From contig CAZDPT010000004.1 of the NCBI GenBank assembly GCA_964507665.1, positions 1 to 56,967 on the forward strand: DNA of 56,967 nt. The letters run 5' to 3'. How positions within the stretch are numbered: the first letter of the stretch is position 1; each line of letters opens with the position of its first letter. The stretch is from an uncultured Candidatus Saccharibacteria bacterium. Lineage in GTDB: Bacteria; Patescibacteriota; Minisyncoccia; Minisyncoccales; CAYZYK01. Of this stretch, positions 17,660 through 25,991 are shown one piece after another. Below the pieces are notes generated by a model. It was given only the letters and a program-made list of their open reading frames with translations, had not been told where the DNA came from and did no database searches. Both the position numbers and the translations under genes were made by a program.

Positions 17660-18589
17660 TTAAATGTGTATTTCAACTATATCTTTGTCTTTTAAAATGT
17701 AATCTTTGCCAATAATTTTTGGGTGTTCAGAACTAGAAGTAAACAATTTGGCGTATTTAAAAGAGGATTTAAAATCGTGATGAATTTTTCTTGCAAGTTC
17801 AATCAACTTGCTATTTTTTTTGATAATAAAAGGATGTTCAAAATCTGGAGGATTGTTTGATGATTTCGTGTAAACTCTAATTATTTCTAAGGTCTTAAAA
17901 ATTTTTTCTTTTATTTTTTTAATATTGCTCTTTTTAGAACAAGAAACAGGATATATTTTTTGTTTAATTTCAGATTTTATTTTTTTTAGATTTTTTTTAG
18001 ATTTTTTTAAATCAATTTTATTACCCACAAAAATTACTTTTTTATGGAAAAGATTCCAATCTTTTAATATTCTTTTAATTCTTTTAATGTCTTTTACTGG
18101 ATTTTTGGATAAATCAAAAACAGCTATTAAAGCGTCTGAGTTGTCTAAAATATTTTTTAGTAAGCTAGGAGAATCTTCAGTAAGGGGTGGGGTATCTATT
18201 AATTGGATTAGTATATTTTGGTAAGGCATCATTGCTGGTTTGAGTTCTTGAGTAGTGAAAGGGTAAGATCCAATTTTTGTTTTTGTGTTGGTTAAAACAT
18301 TTAATAAACTAGATTTTCCAGAATTAGCCCTTCCTACTAAAACAACTTGACCTGCACCCTGTTTAGGAATAGAATATGAAATCTCACTCTTGGCTGTTTT
18401 TGGTTTTTTTCTTTTTAATTTAGCTATCTTTGATTTAATTTCAGCTTGGACTTTTTCTGTTCCTTTGTGTTTGGGAGTTATAGCTAACAATTTCTCCAAA
18501 AGAGAAATTTTCTCTGCTGGAGTTTTTGCTTTTTTTATATCTTGAGATATTTTATGAAATTCTGGTGGTAAATTAGCTGGCATAATCAA
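17660..18589 (-). CDS. Obg/DRG-family GTPase with C-terminal TGS domain
   Basis: G1 'GRANSGKSS', G3 'DTPP', G4 'NKID', and a C-terminal TGS-like segment 'RVYTK...GKDYILKDKDIVEI'. Confidence 0.8.
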   Translation of the reverse strand: MIMPANLPPEFHKISQDIKKAKTPAEKISLLEKLLAITPKHKGTEKVQAEIKSKIAKLKRKKPKTAKSEISYSIPKQGAGQVVLVGRANSGKSSLLNVLTNTKTKIGSYPFTTQELKPAMMPYQNILIQLIDTPPLTEDSPSLLKNILDNSDALIAVFDLSKNPVKDIKRIKRILKDWNLFHKKVIFVGNKIDLKKSKKNLKKIKSEIKQKIYPVSCSKKSNIKKIKEKIFKTLEIIRVYTKSSNNPPDFEHPFIIKKNSKLIELARKIHHDFKSSFKYAKLFTSSSEHPKIIGKDYILKDKDIVEIHI

Positions 18590-18994
18590 TCTTTATTTTG
18601 GAGTTATTATAGCATAGATTTTTTTAATTTTTTAAAAAAAAGACGATGGAGTAAAAATGAATAATAAACACCAACAACAAAAATTATGAATGATTTTAGA
18701 AACATGTTTAATTTAAATTTCTCTAAAAAAGCAAATTAAATTTAGTTATAGTTAGCTTTAGTTGCGCGATTGTAGGTACTTTTTTTAGTCTAGGCGATGA
18801 CTATTTACAGACAGGACCGGTTAGGCTTATCCCAATATTATTTTTATTTAGTTTAATGTTTTCGATTTTTGCTTTTATCCAAACAATTTTTGCTATAATT
18901 TATGCTAACAGAAACAAAGAAAAACTAGTCGGGAAAATATAAAGACATCTCTCACTTTAAGCATTTTTAATATTCTTGTTTTTATTTTTTTTAT

Positions 18995-19022
18995 TTGACA
19001 CGATTTAATTATCCTTTATACT
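18995..19022 (+). promoter_or_regulatory. sigma70-like promoter (TTGACA-16-TATACT)
   Basis: Consensus -35 hexamer and near-consensus -10 hexamer about 140 nt upstream of the RRM gene. Confidence 0.4.
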
Positions 19023-19160
19023 ATCCATATAAACATTTTTTAGAAATGTCTCACTTTTCCTTGAATCAAACTTGAGAGTGGGTCGATAAATTTTTAAAGT
19101 TGTAATTATTTACTGGAAGGTATAATAATTATCTTATTAATTACAAACCTTTCATAGAAA

Positions 19161-19412
19161 ATGGCAAAAAAACTTTACGTAGGAAATCTTTCTTATGATA
19201 CTACAGAAGGTGCTTTAGAAAAGTTGTTTTCTGAAGCAGGAGAAGTCAGTTCAGTAAATATTATTATGGATAGAAATTCTGGTAGATCAAAAGGATTCGG
19301 TTTTGTGGAAATGTCTTCAGAAGAAGAAGCTAAGAAAGCTGTTGAAATGTTAAACCAGAAGGAATTTGAAGGAAGAACTCTAAAGGTTGATGAAGCAAGA
19401 CCAAAAAAATAA
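19161..19412 (+). CDS. RRM-type RNA-binding protein
   Basis: RNP2 'KLYVGNL' and RNP1 'KGFGFVEM'. Confidence 0.9.
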   Translation: MAKKLYVGNLSYDTTEGALEKLFSEAGEVSSVNIIMDRNSGRSKGFGFVEMSSEEEAKKAVEMLNQKEFEGRTLKVDEARPKK

Positions 19413-19441
19413 TTCAAAGAAAGAATTCCAAGTCCGAAAAC

Positions 19442-19468
19442 AAAGAGCCCTTTGGGGGCTTTTTGTTT
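19442..19468 (+). terminator. rho-independent terminator
   Basis: AAAGAGCCC-TTTGG-GGGCTTTTT hairpin plus T-run, directly after the RRM gene. Confidence 0.7.
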
Positions 19469-19614
19469 ATGGACATTTTTTAAATTATAAAAAAGGTAAA
19501 AAAGAGTAAAAAATTTGAGAGGAGATTTCTAAAAAGAGATATTAAGATGAAAGAAATCTTTGAGGATTATTTTTATTTTATGGTAAAATTAAAAAAAAGA
19601 ACTTATTTTTTAAT

Positions 19615-20157
19615 ATGTCTTTCTTATTAATAGTTTTTACGATATTAATAACTGTTATCTTTGGTTCTATTCTTTTTGTTTTTTTAATTTTTGGTGTTCT
19701 ACCTATTTTAAGAGGGGCTATTTTTGTTCCAACTTCAGAGAAGAGAATAGAAAGAAGTATTGAATTAGTTAATTTAACTGCTGGCCAGAAAGTTGCAGAT
19801 TTGGGTTCTGGAGATGGTAGAATTATAATTGCTTGTGCTGAGAAAGGAGCTGAAGCAGTTGGTTTTGAAATTAATCCATTCTTAGTCTGGATGGCCAAAA
19901 GAAAAATTAGAAAAAAAGGATTGAATAAAAAAACAAGTAAAGGAAAAGCTATTTGTGAACTGAAAAGTTTCTGGACTCAAGATTTTTCTTCTTTTGATGT
20001 TATCTTTATTTACGGAATAAATTATATTATGGGAGGTTTGGAGAAGAAACTTAAAAGAGAATTGAAACCAGGAGGAAGGGTAGTTTCTTTTATTTATAAA
20101 TTTCCAAACTGGGAATCAGATATAGAGGAAAATGGAATTTATATCTATCGGAAATAA
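19615..20157 (+). CDS. membrane-anchored class I SAM-dependent methyltransferase (FAM173/ATPSCKMT-like architecture)
   Basis: N-terminal TM helix, then 'FVPTSEKRIE...VADLGSGDGRIIIACAEKGAEAVGFEINPFLV' (motif I DLGSGDG). Confidence 0.7.
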   Translation: MSFLLIVFTILITVIFGSILFVFLIFGVLPILRGAIFVPTSEKRIERSIELVNLTAGQKVADLGSGDGRIIIACAEKGAEAVGFEINPFLVWMAKRKIRKKGLNKKTSKGKAICELKSFWTQDFSSFDVIFIYGINYIMGGLEKKLKRELKPGGRVVSFIYKFPNWESDIEENGIYIYRK

Positions 20158-20289
20158 CAAGGTAATAATTTAACTGTTATTTCAAGATATTTTTTAAAAA
20201 TTCTCTGTTTGTTAAGGGATATTTTTCGTGCTAAAATAAATCTTAGGAGATTAATAAAATCAATTACTATTAATATCTTTTGTTGATAT

Positions 20290-20679
20290 ATGTCCAAAAA
20301 GAAAAAAACAATTTTATTAATTGAAGATGATAAATATCTTTGTGAAATGTACAAAGAGAGTTTACAAGAAATAGGTTTTAAGGTAAGCATTGCCTATGAT
20401 GGGGTTGAGGGAATGAAAAAAATTAAATCAGAAAATCCTGACCTGATTTTACTTGATTTAGTTTTACCCAAAAAGAAAGGACTCGAAATATTAAGAGAAA
20501 TGAAAAAAGATAATAAATTAAAAGAAATTCCTGTAATTATCCTTTCTAATTTAGGGGAAGAAGAAGATATTAAGAAAGGAATAGACCTTGGAGCTGTAGA
20601 TTATATGGTTAAAGTTAAATTTACACCAAAGGAGGTAACAGAGAAAATAGAATCTTACTTTAATCAGTCTAGGGGTTAA
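20290..20679 (+). CDS. receiver-only response regulator
   Basis: CheY-like: 'ILLIEDD', phospho-acceptor 'LILLDLVLP', 'IILSN', K in 'DYMVK'. Confidence 0.85.
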   Translation: MSKKKKTILLIEDDKYLCEMYKESLQEIGFKVSIAYDGVEGMKKIKSENPDLILLDLVLPKKKGLEILREMKKDNKLKEIPVIILSNLGEEEDIKKGIDLGAVDYMVKVKFTPKEVTEKIESYFNQSRG

Positions 20680-20711
20680 TTTTACTCCCTTTTTTATTTC
20701 AAAAAAAGACT

Positions 20712-22397
20712 ATGGAGTTTTCAGATAAAAAACTAAAGCAATTGTTAGTTAAACCGGGATATGTCAGTCAGGAAGATTTTAAATTAGCTCAAAAAAAGAC
20801 TGAACAGGAAAATATTTCTCTTAAGGAGGCTCTGATAGAAGAAGACCTTATTTCTGACAGAGAATTAGGCCATATTATCGCTAATTATTTGGAATTTCCA
20901 TTTGTTGAATTGAGAAAGGAAGCTATTTCAAAACAAGTAATAGAGACTATTCCCAAACTTGTTGCTAAGAATCAAAAAATTATTGTTTTTGACAGAACTA
21001 AAGAAGGCCTGAGGGTGGCTATGGCAGATCCCACTAATATTGAAATGATTGACTGGCTGGAAAGGAAAACAGGAGAGAAGATAATTCCTTTTTATGCAAC
21101 AGAGAGAGATATTAAAGAAGCTCTTAAACATTACAGAGAGGAACTTAAAAAAGCTTTTGAGGATATTATTCAACAACAGGCAGAAAAAGCAGGAAAAGAT
21201 AAGGTTACAGCGGAAAACCTCCCAATTATTAAGATTATTGATACCTTAATTGAATATGCTTATGAAAATAGATCTTCAGATATTCATATAGAACCCTTGG
21301 AAGACAGAACCCAAGTCAGATTTAGAATAGATGGTGTTTTACATAATGTTTTAACTTTACCTAAGTCAATTCATGGTTTAATTGTTACCAGGATTAAAGT
21401 TCTAGCTAACCTTAGGACTGATGAGCATTTTGCTGCCCAAGATGGAAAATTCATTGTAAAACCAAATAAAGAACAATTTGATATCCGAATTTCAATTGTT
21501 CCTGTAACTGAGGGTGAAAATATAGTGATGAGATTGTTAGCGGAGAAAGCCAGAAGATTTTCTTTGGAAGAATTAGGTTTATCAAAAGAAGGATTAAAAA
21601 AAGTCAAAGCAGCCATTAGAAAACCCTATGGTATGATTTTATCTACAGGACCTACCGGTTGTGGGAAAACTACTACTCTTTATGCTATTTTAAAAATTTT
21701 GAATAAACCAGAAGTGAATATTGCTACTATTGAAGATCCAGTTGAATATGATATTCAGGGAGTAAGCCAGATTCAAGTTAATCCTCAAACCGATTTAACT
21801 TTTTCTAAAGGGTTACGCTCAATTGTGAGACAGGATCCTGATATAATAATGGTTGGTGAGATTAGAGACGAAGAAACCGCAGACATTGCTATTAATTCAG
21901 CTACAACCGGCCATCTTGTTTTATCAACTATGCATGCTAACACCGCAGCTACCAACCTGGTTCGGCTGATAGAGATGGGCATAGAACCCTTTTTGGTTGC
22001 CTCCTCAGTTAATGTAATTATTTCACAAAGGTTAGTTCGTAAAATATGTATGAAGTGTCGGGAAAGTTATGAGGTTACAAAAAAGGATTTACAGAAGTCA
22101 GGAATCCCAAAAAATTTAATCGAAAATTTCCTCAGAGAAGGAAAAAAAGTCAGAGTTTATCGAGGAAAAGGATGTAAATCTTGTAATGGAACTGGTTACA
22201 CTGGTCGGACAGGAATATTTGAAGTTCTGGAAATGGAAGATAATATAAAGAAACTTGTTATGGAAAAAGCTAACTCAGATCAGATTCAAGATAAAGCAAT
22301 TGAAAATGGAATGGTGACCATGATAGAAGATGGAATAAAAAAGGTCCTCCGAGGGCAGACTACAATTGAAGAGATAATTAGAGTAACAAGAGAATGA
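20712..22397 (+). CDS. pilB: type IV pilus assembly ATPase (GspE/PilB family)
   Basis: N-terminal GspE_N-like domain, Walker A 'GPTGCGKTT', Asp/His boxes, and C-terminal tetra-Cys 'CMKC...CKSC'. Confidence 0.9.
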   Translation: MEFSDKKLKQLLVKPGYVSQEDFKLAQKKTEQENISLKEALIEEDLISDRELGHIIANYLEFPFVELRKEAISKQVIETIPKLVAKNQKIIVFDRTKEGLRVAMADPTNIEMIDWLERKTGEKIIPFYATERDIKEALKHYREELKKAFEDIIQQQAEKAGKDKVTAENLPIIKIIDTLIEYAYENRSSDIHIEPLEDRTQVRFRIDGVLHNVLTLPKSIHGLIVTRIKVLANLRTDEHFAAQDGKFIVKPNKEQFDIRISIVPVTEGENIVMRLLAEKARRFSLEELGLSKEGLKKVKAAIRKPYGMILSTGPTGCGKTTTLYAILKILNKPEVNIATIEDPVEYDIQGVSQIQVNPQTDLTFSKGLRSIVRQDPDIIMVGEIRDEETADIAINSATTGHLVLSTMHANTAATNLVRLIEMGIEPFLVASSVNVIISQRLVRKICMKCRESYEVTKKDLQKSGIPKNLIENFLREGKKVRVYRGKGCKSCNGTGYTGRTGIFEVLEMEDNIKKLVMEKANSDQIQDKAIENGMVTMIEDGIKKVLRGQTTIEEIIRVTRE

Positions 22398-23122
22398 TTT
22401 CCAAAAAGAAACCTAAAAAGAATAAAAAGATTAGTAAACACAAATTAGCAGAAACAGTTTCTATTGTTTCTCATCAATTGAAAACTCCTCTTTCTGCAAT
22501 AAAGGGGTATTTGGAAGTTTTAATATCAGAAGATTTAGGTAAATTAAATAAAGAACAAAAAGAATATTTAAAAACGGTTTTAGAAAACACCGAAAGAATG
22601 AAAACATTAGTTAAAGATATTTTAAATGTTACTAGAATTGAAGCCAATAAAGTAGAAATTAATAAAAAACCAACCGATCTAGCCCAACTTGTAAAAGAAA
22701 CCGTTGATAACTATTCTTTATTTGCCCGAGCTCACAATTGTAAACTTTCTTTTGAGTCCCCAGATGATCTTCCTCTTGTCAAAACAGACCCCATTAAGAT
22801 AAAAGAAGTGGTTTCCAACTTTATTTCCAATGCTATTTTTTACAATAAAAAAAGTGGTGAAGTAAAAGTTACTTTATCTCAAAAAAAGAACAAAGTTGTT
22901 CTCTGTTGTAAGGATACTGGAATTGGTATATCCCAGAAAGCAAAAGATAAAATTTTCCAAAAGTTTTACAGAAGTGAAGAAGCAATATCAGTTACTCCAA
23001 AAGGTTCGGGATTGGGACTTTTTATCTCAAAAGCAATAATTGAGAAAAGTGGAGGTAAAATTTGGTTTAAATCCGAAAAGGGAAAGGGGAGTACTTTTTG
23101 TTTCTCTTTACCTACCAAATAG
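22394..23122 (+). CDS. sensor-less histidine kinase (HisKA + HATPase_c only)
   Basis: The H-box 'SHQLKTPL' begins about 27 aa from the N-terminus. N/G boxes 'NAIFYN' and 'DTGIGI', 'GSGLGL'. No TM or sensor domain. ATGA overlap with the pilB stop. Confidence 0.85.
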   Translation: MISKKKPKKNKKISKHKLAETVSIVSHQLKTPLSAIKGYLEVLISEDLGKLNKEQKEYLKTVLENTERMKTLVKDILNVTRIEANKVEINKKPTDLAQLVKETVDNYSLFARAHNCKLSFESPDDLPLVKTDPIKIKEVVSNFISNAIFYNKKSGEVKVTLSQKKNKVVLCCKDTGIGISQKAKDKIFQKFYRSEEAISVTPKGSGLGLFISKAIIEKSGGKIWFKSEKGKGSTFCFSLPTK

Positions 23123-23179
23123 AACCCCAAACTTTATAAAGAATAATTTGTAATCTGAATAATTGCCAATTTTCAAAAA

Positions 23180-23566
23180 ATGAAAATTGCTAAAATATTA
23201 ATTGTTGAAGAAGACAAGTTCTTGATAAAACTTTATAGTCAGAAATTAAAACGAGAGAATTTTGAAGTTGTGACAGCTATTTCTGGGGAAGAAGGACTTC
23301 ACAAAGCTTTAACAGAGGATCCGGACCTCATAATTTTAGATCTAATCTTACCTTATAAAAGCGGATTTGAAGTTTTAAGCGAAATAAAAATTAATTCAAA
23401 AACAAAGAACATTCCAGTTATTATCCTCTCTAATTTAGGTCAGGAATCTGACATTGAAAGAGCAAAAGAACTAGGAGCTGCCGCTTACCTTGTGAAACCT
23501 GATTTTTCAGTCACTCGCTTATCGGAGATAGTAAAAGAAGAGTTAGCAAAAAGTAAAAAGAAATAA
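23180..23566 (+). CDS. receiver-only response regulator
   Basis: CheY-like: 'ILIVEED', 'LIILDLILP', 'IILSN', 'YLVK'. Confidence 0.85.
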   Translation: MKIAKILIVEEDKFLIKLYSQKLKRENFEVVTAISGEEGLHKALTEDPDLIILDLILPYKSGFEVLSEIKINSKTKNIPVIILSNLGQESDIERAKELGAAAYLVKPDFSVTRLSEIVKEELAKSKKK

Positions 23567-23581
23567 TAATTATTTTAAAAT

Positions 23582-23962
23582 ATGAGAAAGAAAAAAGTTC
23601 TAATAATTGAAGATGATAAATTTCTAATAAAACTTTACGGAGATACTTTACGTAGGAATAATTTTGAGGTGGTGGATGCAGCCACTGGAGGGGAGGGTTT
23701 TCATAAGGCATTAAAGGAAAAGCCCGACCTCATAATTTTAGATTTGGTTTTGCCCCGAAAAAGTGGATTTGAAGTTTTAAGTGAAATAAAAACAAATTCT
23801 GAAATAAAAGATACTCCAGTTATTATCCTCTCTAATTTAGGTCAGGACTCTGACATTAAGAGAGGTAAAGATTTAGGGGCTGTTAGTTATCTTGTGAAAT
23901 CAGATTTTTCAGTAAATAAATTACCAGAAATAGTTAAAGAAGAAATAGCGAAGTCAAAATAA
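23582..23962 (+). CDS. receiver-only response regulator (tandem paralog)
   Basis: CheY-like. Shares identical nucleotide blocks with the 23180 gene. Confidence 0.85.
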   Translation: MRKKKVLIIEDDKFLIKLYGDTLRRNNFEVVDAATGGEGFHKALKEKPDLIILDLVLPRKSGFEVLSEIKTNSEIKDTPVIILSNLGQDSDIKRGKDLGAVSYLVKSDFSVNKLPEIVKEEIAKSK

Positions 23963-23981
23963 TAATTTTAAATCATCAACA

Positions 23982-25049
23982 ATGAGATTTAGTATCCCTT
24001 TTATCAATAGAGTTTCCTTTTTGGATAAGGTGCTTTTTGCAAGACATTTAGCTTTAATGATTAGAGCGGGGTTGCCACTTCGAAGTTCGATTTTAGCGAT
24101 TAAAGAACAATCAAAAAACAAGAAGTTTAGAAGAGTATTAGAGGATGTTGTTAAAAACATTGAAAGAGGGCAATCTTTGGCGGCCTGTCTTTCTCGGCAC
24201 CCCGGTGTTTTTGGCTCTTTGTACACAAATATGATTAAAGTTGGGGAAGAGTCAGGAACCTTACAACAGAATTTAGAAAACTTAGCTCAGCAACTTGAGA
24301 AGAATTATCAGTTAAGAAAGAGGGTTAAAGCAGCTATGATTTACCCTTCAATTATTGTAATCGCAATCATTGCTCTGAGTATTGGTCTTGTTTTTTTTGT
24401 TTTACCTAAAATTACTCCTATTTTTGAATCCTTTAAAATTCAACTACCATTAACAACTAGGATATTAATTAAAACTACTTTTTTGCTTCGTAATTACGGC
24501 CTATTTATTTTAATTGGCGCTTTTGGTTTTGGAATTTTTTTGTTTTTTCTTTCCCGAATCAAACCAATTAGAATGATTTTAGATAAAATAATCTTAAAAG
24601 TTCCGATAGCAGGGAAAATTTCTCGAGATGTTAATATTTCTCATTTTAATCGTACTTTAGGTGTCCTTTTACAGAGTGGAGTGTCGGTTATTGGGGCTTT
24701 GGAGATAACTAAAACTACATTAGGAAGTCTAGTTTACAAAAAGGAATTGGAAAGATTAACAGAAGAAATTAAGAAAGGTAAATCAATTTCTAACTATTTG
24801 AATAAAAAAGAGAAACTTTTTCCTTTGATAGTCTCTAGAATGATTGGAGTTGGTGAAAAAACAGGCAAGTTAGATGAGACTCTTTTATATGTAAGTGATT
24901 TCTATGTTACTGAGGTAGATAGAACAACTAAGACTCTTTCTTCTATTTTGGAGCCAGTTTTGTTAGTAGTAATTGGATTGATAGTAGGTTTTATAGCTTT
25001 AGCAATTATTTCTCCAATATATGAAATTACCAGAGGGTTGCAATTTTAA
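23982..25049 (+). CDS. pilC: type IV pilus platform protein (GspF/PilC family)
   Basis: 355 aa with two T2SSF-type repeats ('ARHLALMIRAGLPL', 'NRTLGVLLQSGVSV') and three TM helices. Confidence 0.85.
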   Translation: MRFSIPFINRVSFLDKVLFARHLALMIRAGLPLRSSILAIKEQSKNKKFRRVLEDVVKNIERGQSLAACLSRHPGVFGSLYTNMIKVGEESGTLQQNLENLAQQLEKNYQLRKRVKAAMIYPSIIVIAIIALSIGLVFFVLPKITPIFESFKIQLPLTTRILIKTTFLLRNYGLFILIGAFGFGIFLFFLSRIKPIRMILDKIILKVPIAGKISRDVNISHFNRTLGVLLQSGVSVIGALEITKTTLGSLVYKKELERLTEEIKKGKSISNYLNKKEKLFPLIVSRMIGVGEKTGKLDETLLYVSDFYVTEVDRTTKTLSSILEPVLLVVIGLIVGFIALAIISPIYEITRGLQF

Positions 25050-25473
25050 AAAAGGTTTTACCTTTATTGAGTTGATAATAGTTTTAGCTATTTTAGGAAT
25101 TCTTATTGCTTCCTCAACAACCGTTGCTGTTAGATTTTATCAAACAAGAGCTCTTGATATACATTTAAATGGTATTGTTCAGGTTCTGAGACGGGCTCAA
25201 TTGAAAGCGATGTCAGTTGAAAATGATTCTTCTTTTGGTGTTTATATCAATTCAGATAAATATGTTTTGTTTAAGGGAGATTCCTATAGCACTCGAGACC
25301 AAAGCTATGATGAAACCTATAACTTACCAGATAATTTTAAAACATCAGGTCTTTCTGAAGTTGTTTTTAGTAAGATAAGAGGCAATACTTCCGATACGGG
25401 CAATATTATTCTAACTGTTACTGGTAAATCAAAAACTTTGAACATTAACAAGGTTGGTAGAATTAATCATTAA
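25021..25473 (+). CDS. prepilin-type (pseudo)pilin
   Basis: Class III signal 'KKG/FTFIELIIVLAILGIL' with Glu at +5. Confidence 0.7.
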   Translation: MKLPEGCNFKKGFTFIELIIVLAILGILIASSTTVAVRFYQTRALDIHLNGIVQVLRRAQLKAMSVENDSSFGVYINSDKYVLFKGDSYSTRDQSYDETYNLPDNFKTSGLSEVVFSKIRGNTSDTGNIILTVTGKSKTLNINKVGRINH

Positions 25474-25488
25474 CAAAAAGAAAGAATT

Positions 25489-25974
25489 ATGAATCAGGAA
25501 AAGGGACAATTATTAATTGAATTATTAGTTGCGATGGCAGTTTTTGTATTGGGAGTTTCAGTTACTTTGTTTCTAATTTTAGATAGTTTTGTAGCTAGCA
25601 GGGTGGGTCGGGAGAAAATGACAGCCTCTCTTTTGTCAAAAGAAGGGTTGGAGGCTGTAATTTCAATAAGGAATAATGACTGGGATGACTTAACTGTTGG
25701 AGAGCATGGCCTTGCGATTTCCGGGGGTAATTGGGTTCTTCAGGGTTCTGAGGATGATATAAGCGGAGAATTAAGGGAAGGCATCAGGAAAATAATTGTT
25801 GAAAATATTGATAGTGATAGAAAAAAAGTTATTTCTAAAGTAACCTGGAGAGTAACAGAAGGTCGCGCCCAAGATGTTACATTAATCACTTATTTAACTA
25901 ACTGGCAAAAGCCAGCCCCTCCTTTTGTGGTTCAATCTCATTATCGCTGGCGTAATGATGATGGAGGGCAATAA
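25489..25974 (+). CDS. pseudopilin with C-terminal HYRWRNDDGG tag
   Basis: 'EKG/QLLIELLVAMAVF' prepilin-like N-terminus. Ends '...VVQSHYRWRNDDGGQ*'. Confidence 0.65.
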   Translation: MNQEKGQLLIELLVAMAVFVLGVSVTLFLILDSFVASRVGREKMTASLLSKEGLEAVISIRNNDWDDLTVGEHGLAISGGNWVLQGSEDDISGELREGIRKIIVENIDSDRKKVISKVTWRVTEGRAQDVTLITYLTNWQKPAPPFVVQSHYRWRNDDGGQ

Positions 25975-25991
25975 TATTAAATTTGTTTAAA

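Noticed and set aside
25975-25991. Readthrough or fusion of the pseudopilin (ending DDGGQ-TAA) with the following 506-aa protein.
   Set aside because: The spacer has further stops, and the downstream protein starts with its own basic and hydrophobic signal sequence. The two therefore look like separate genes.
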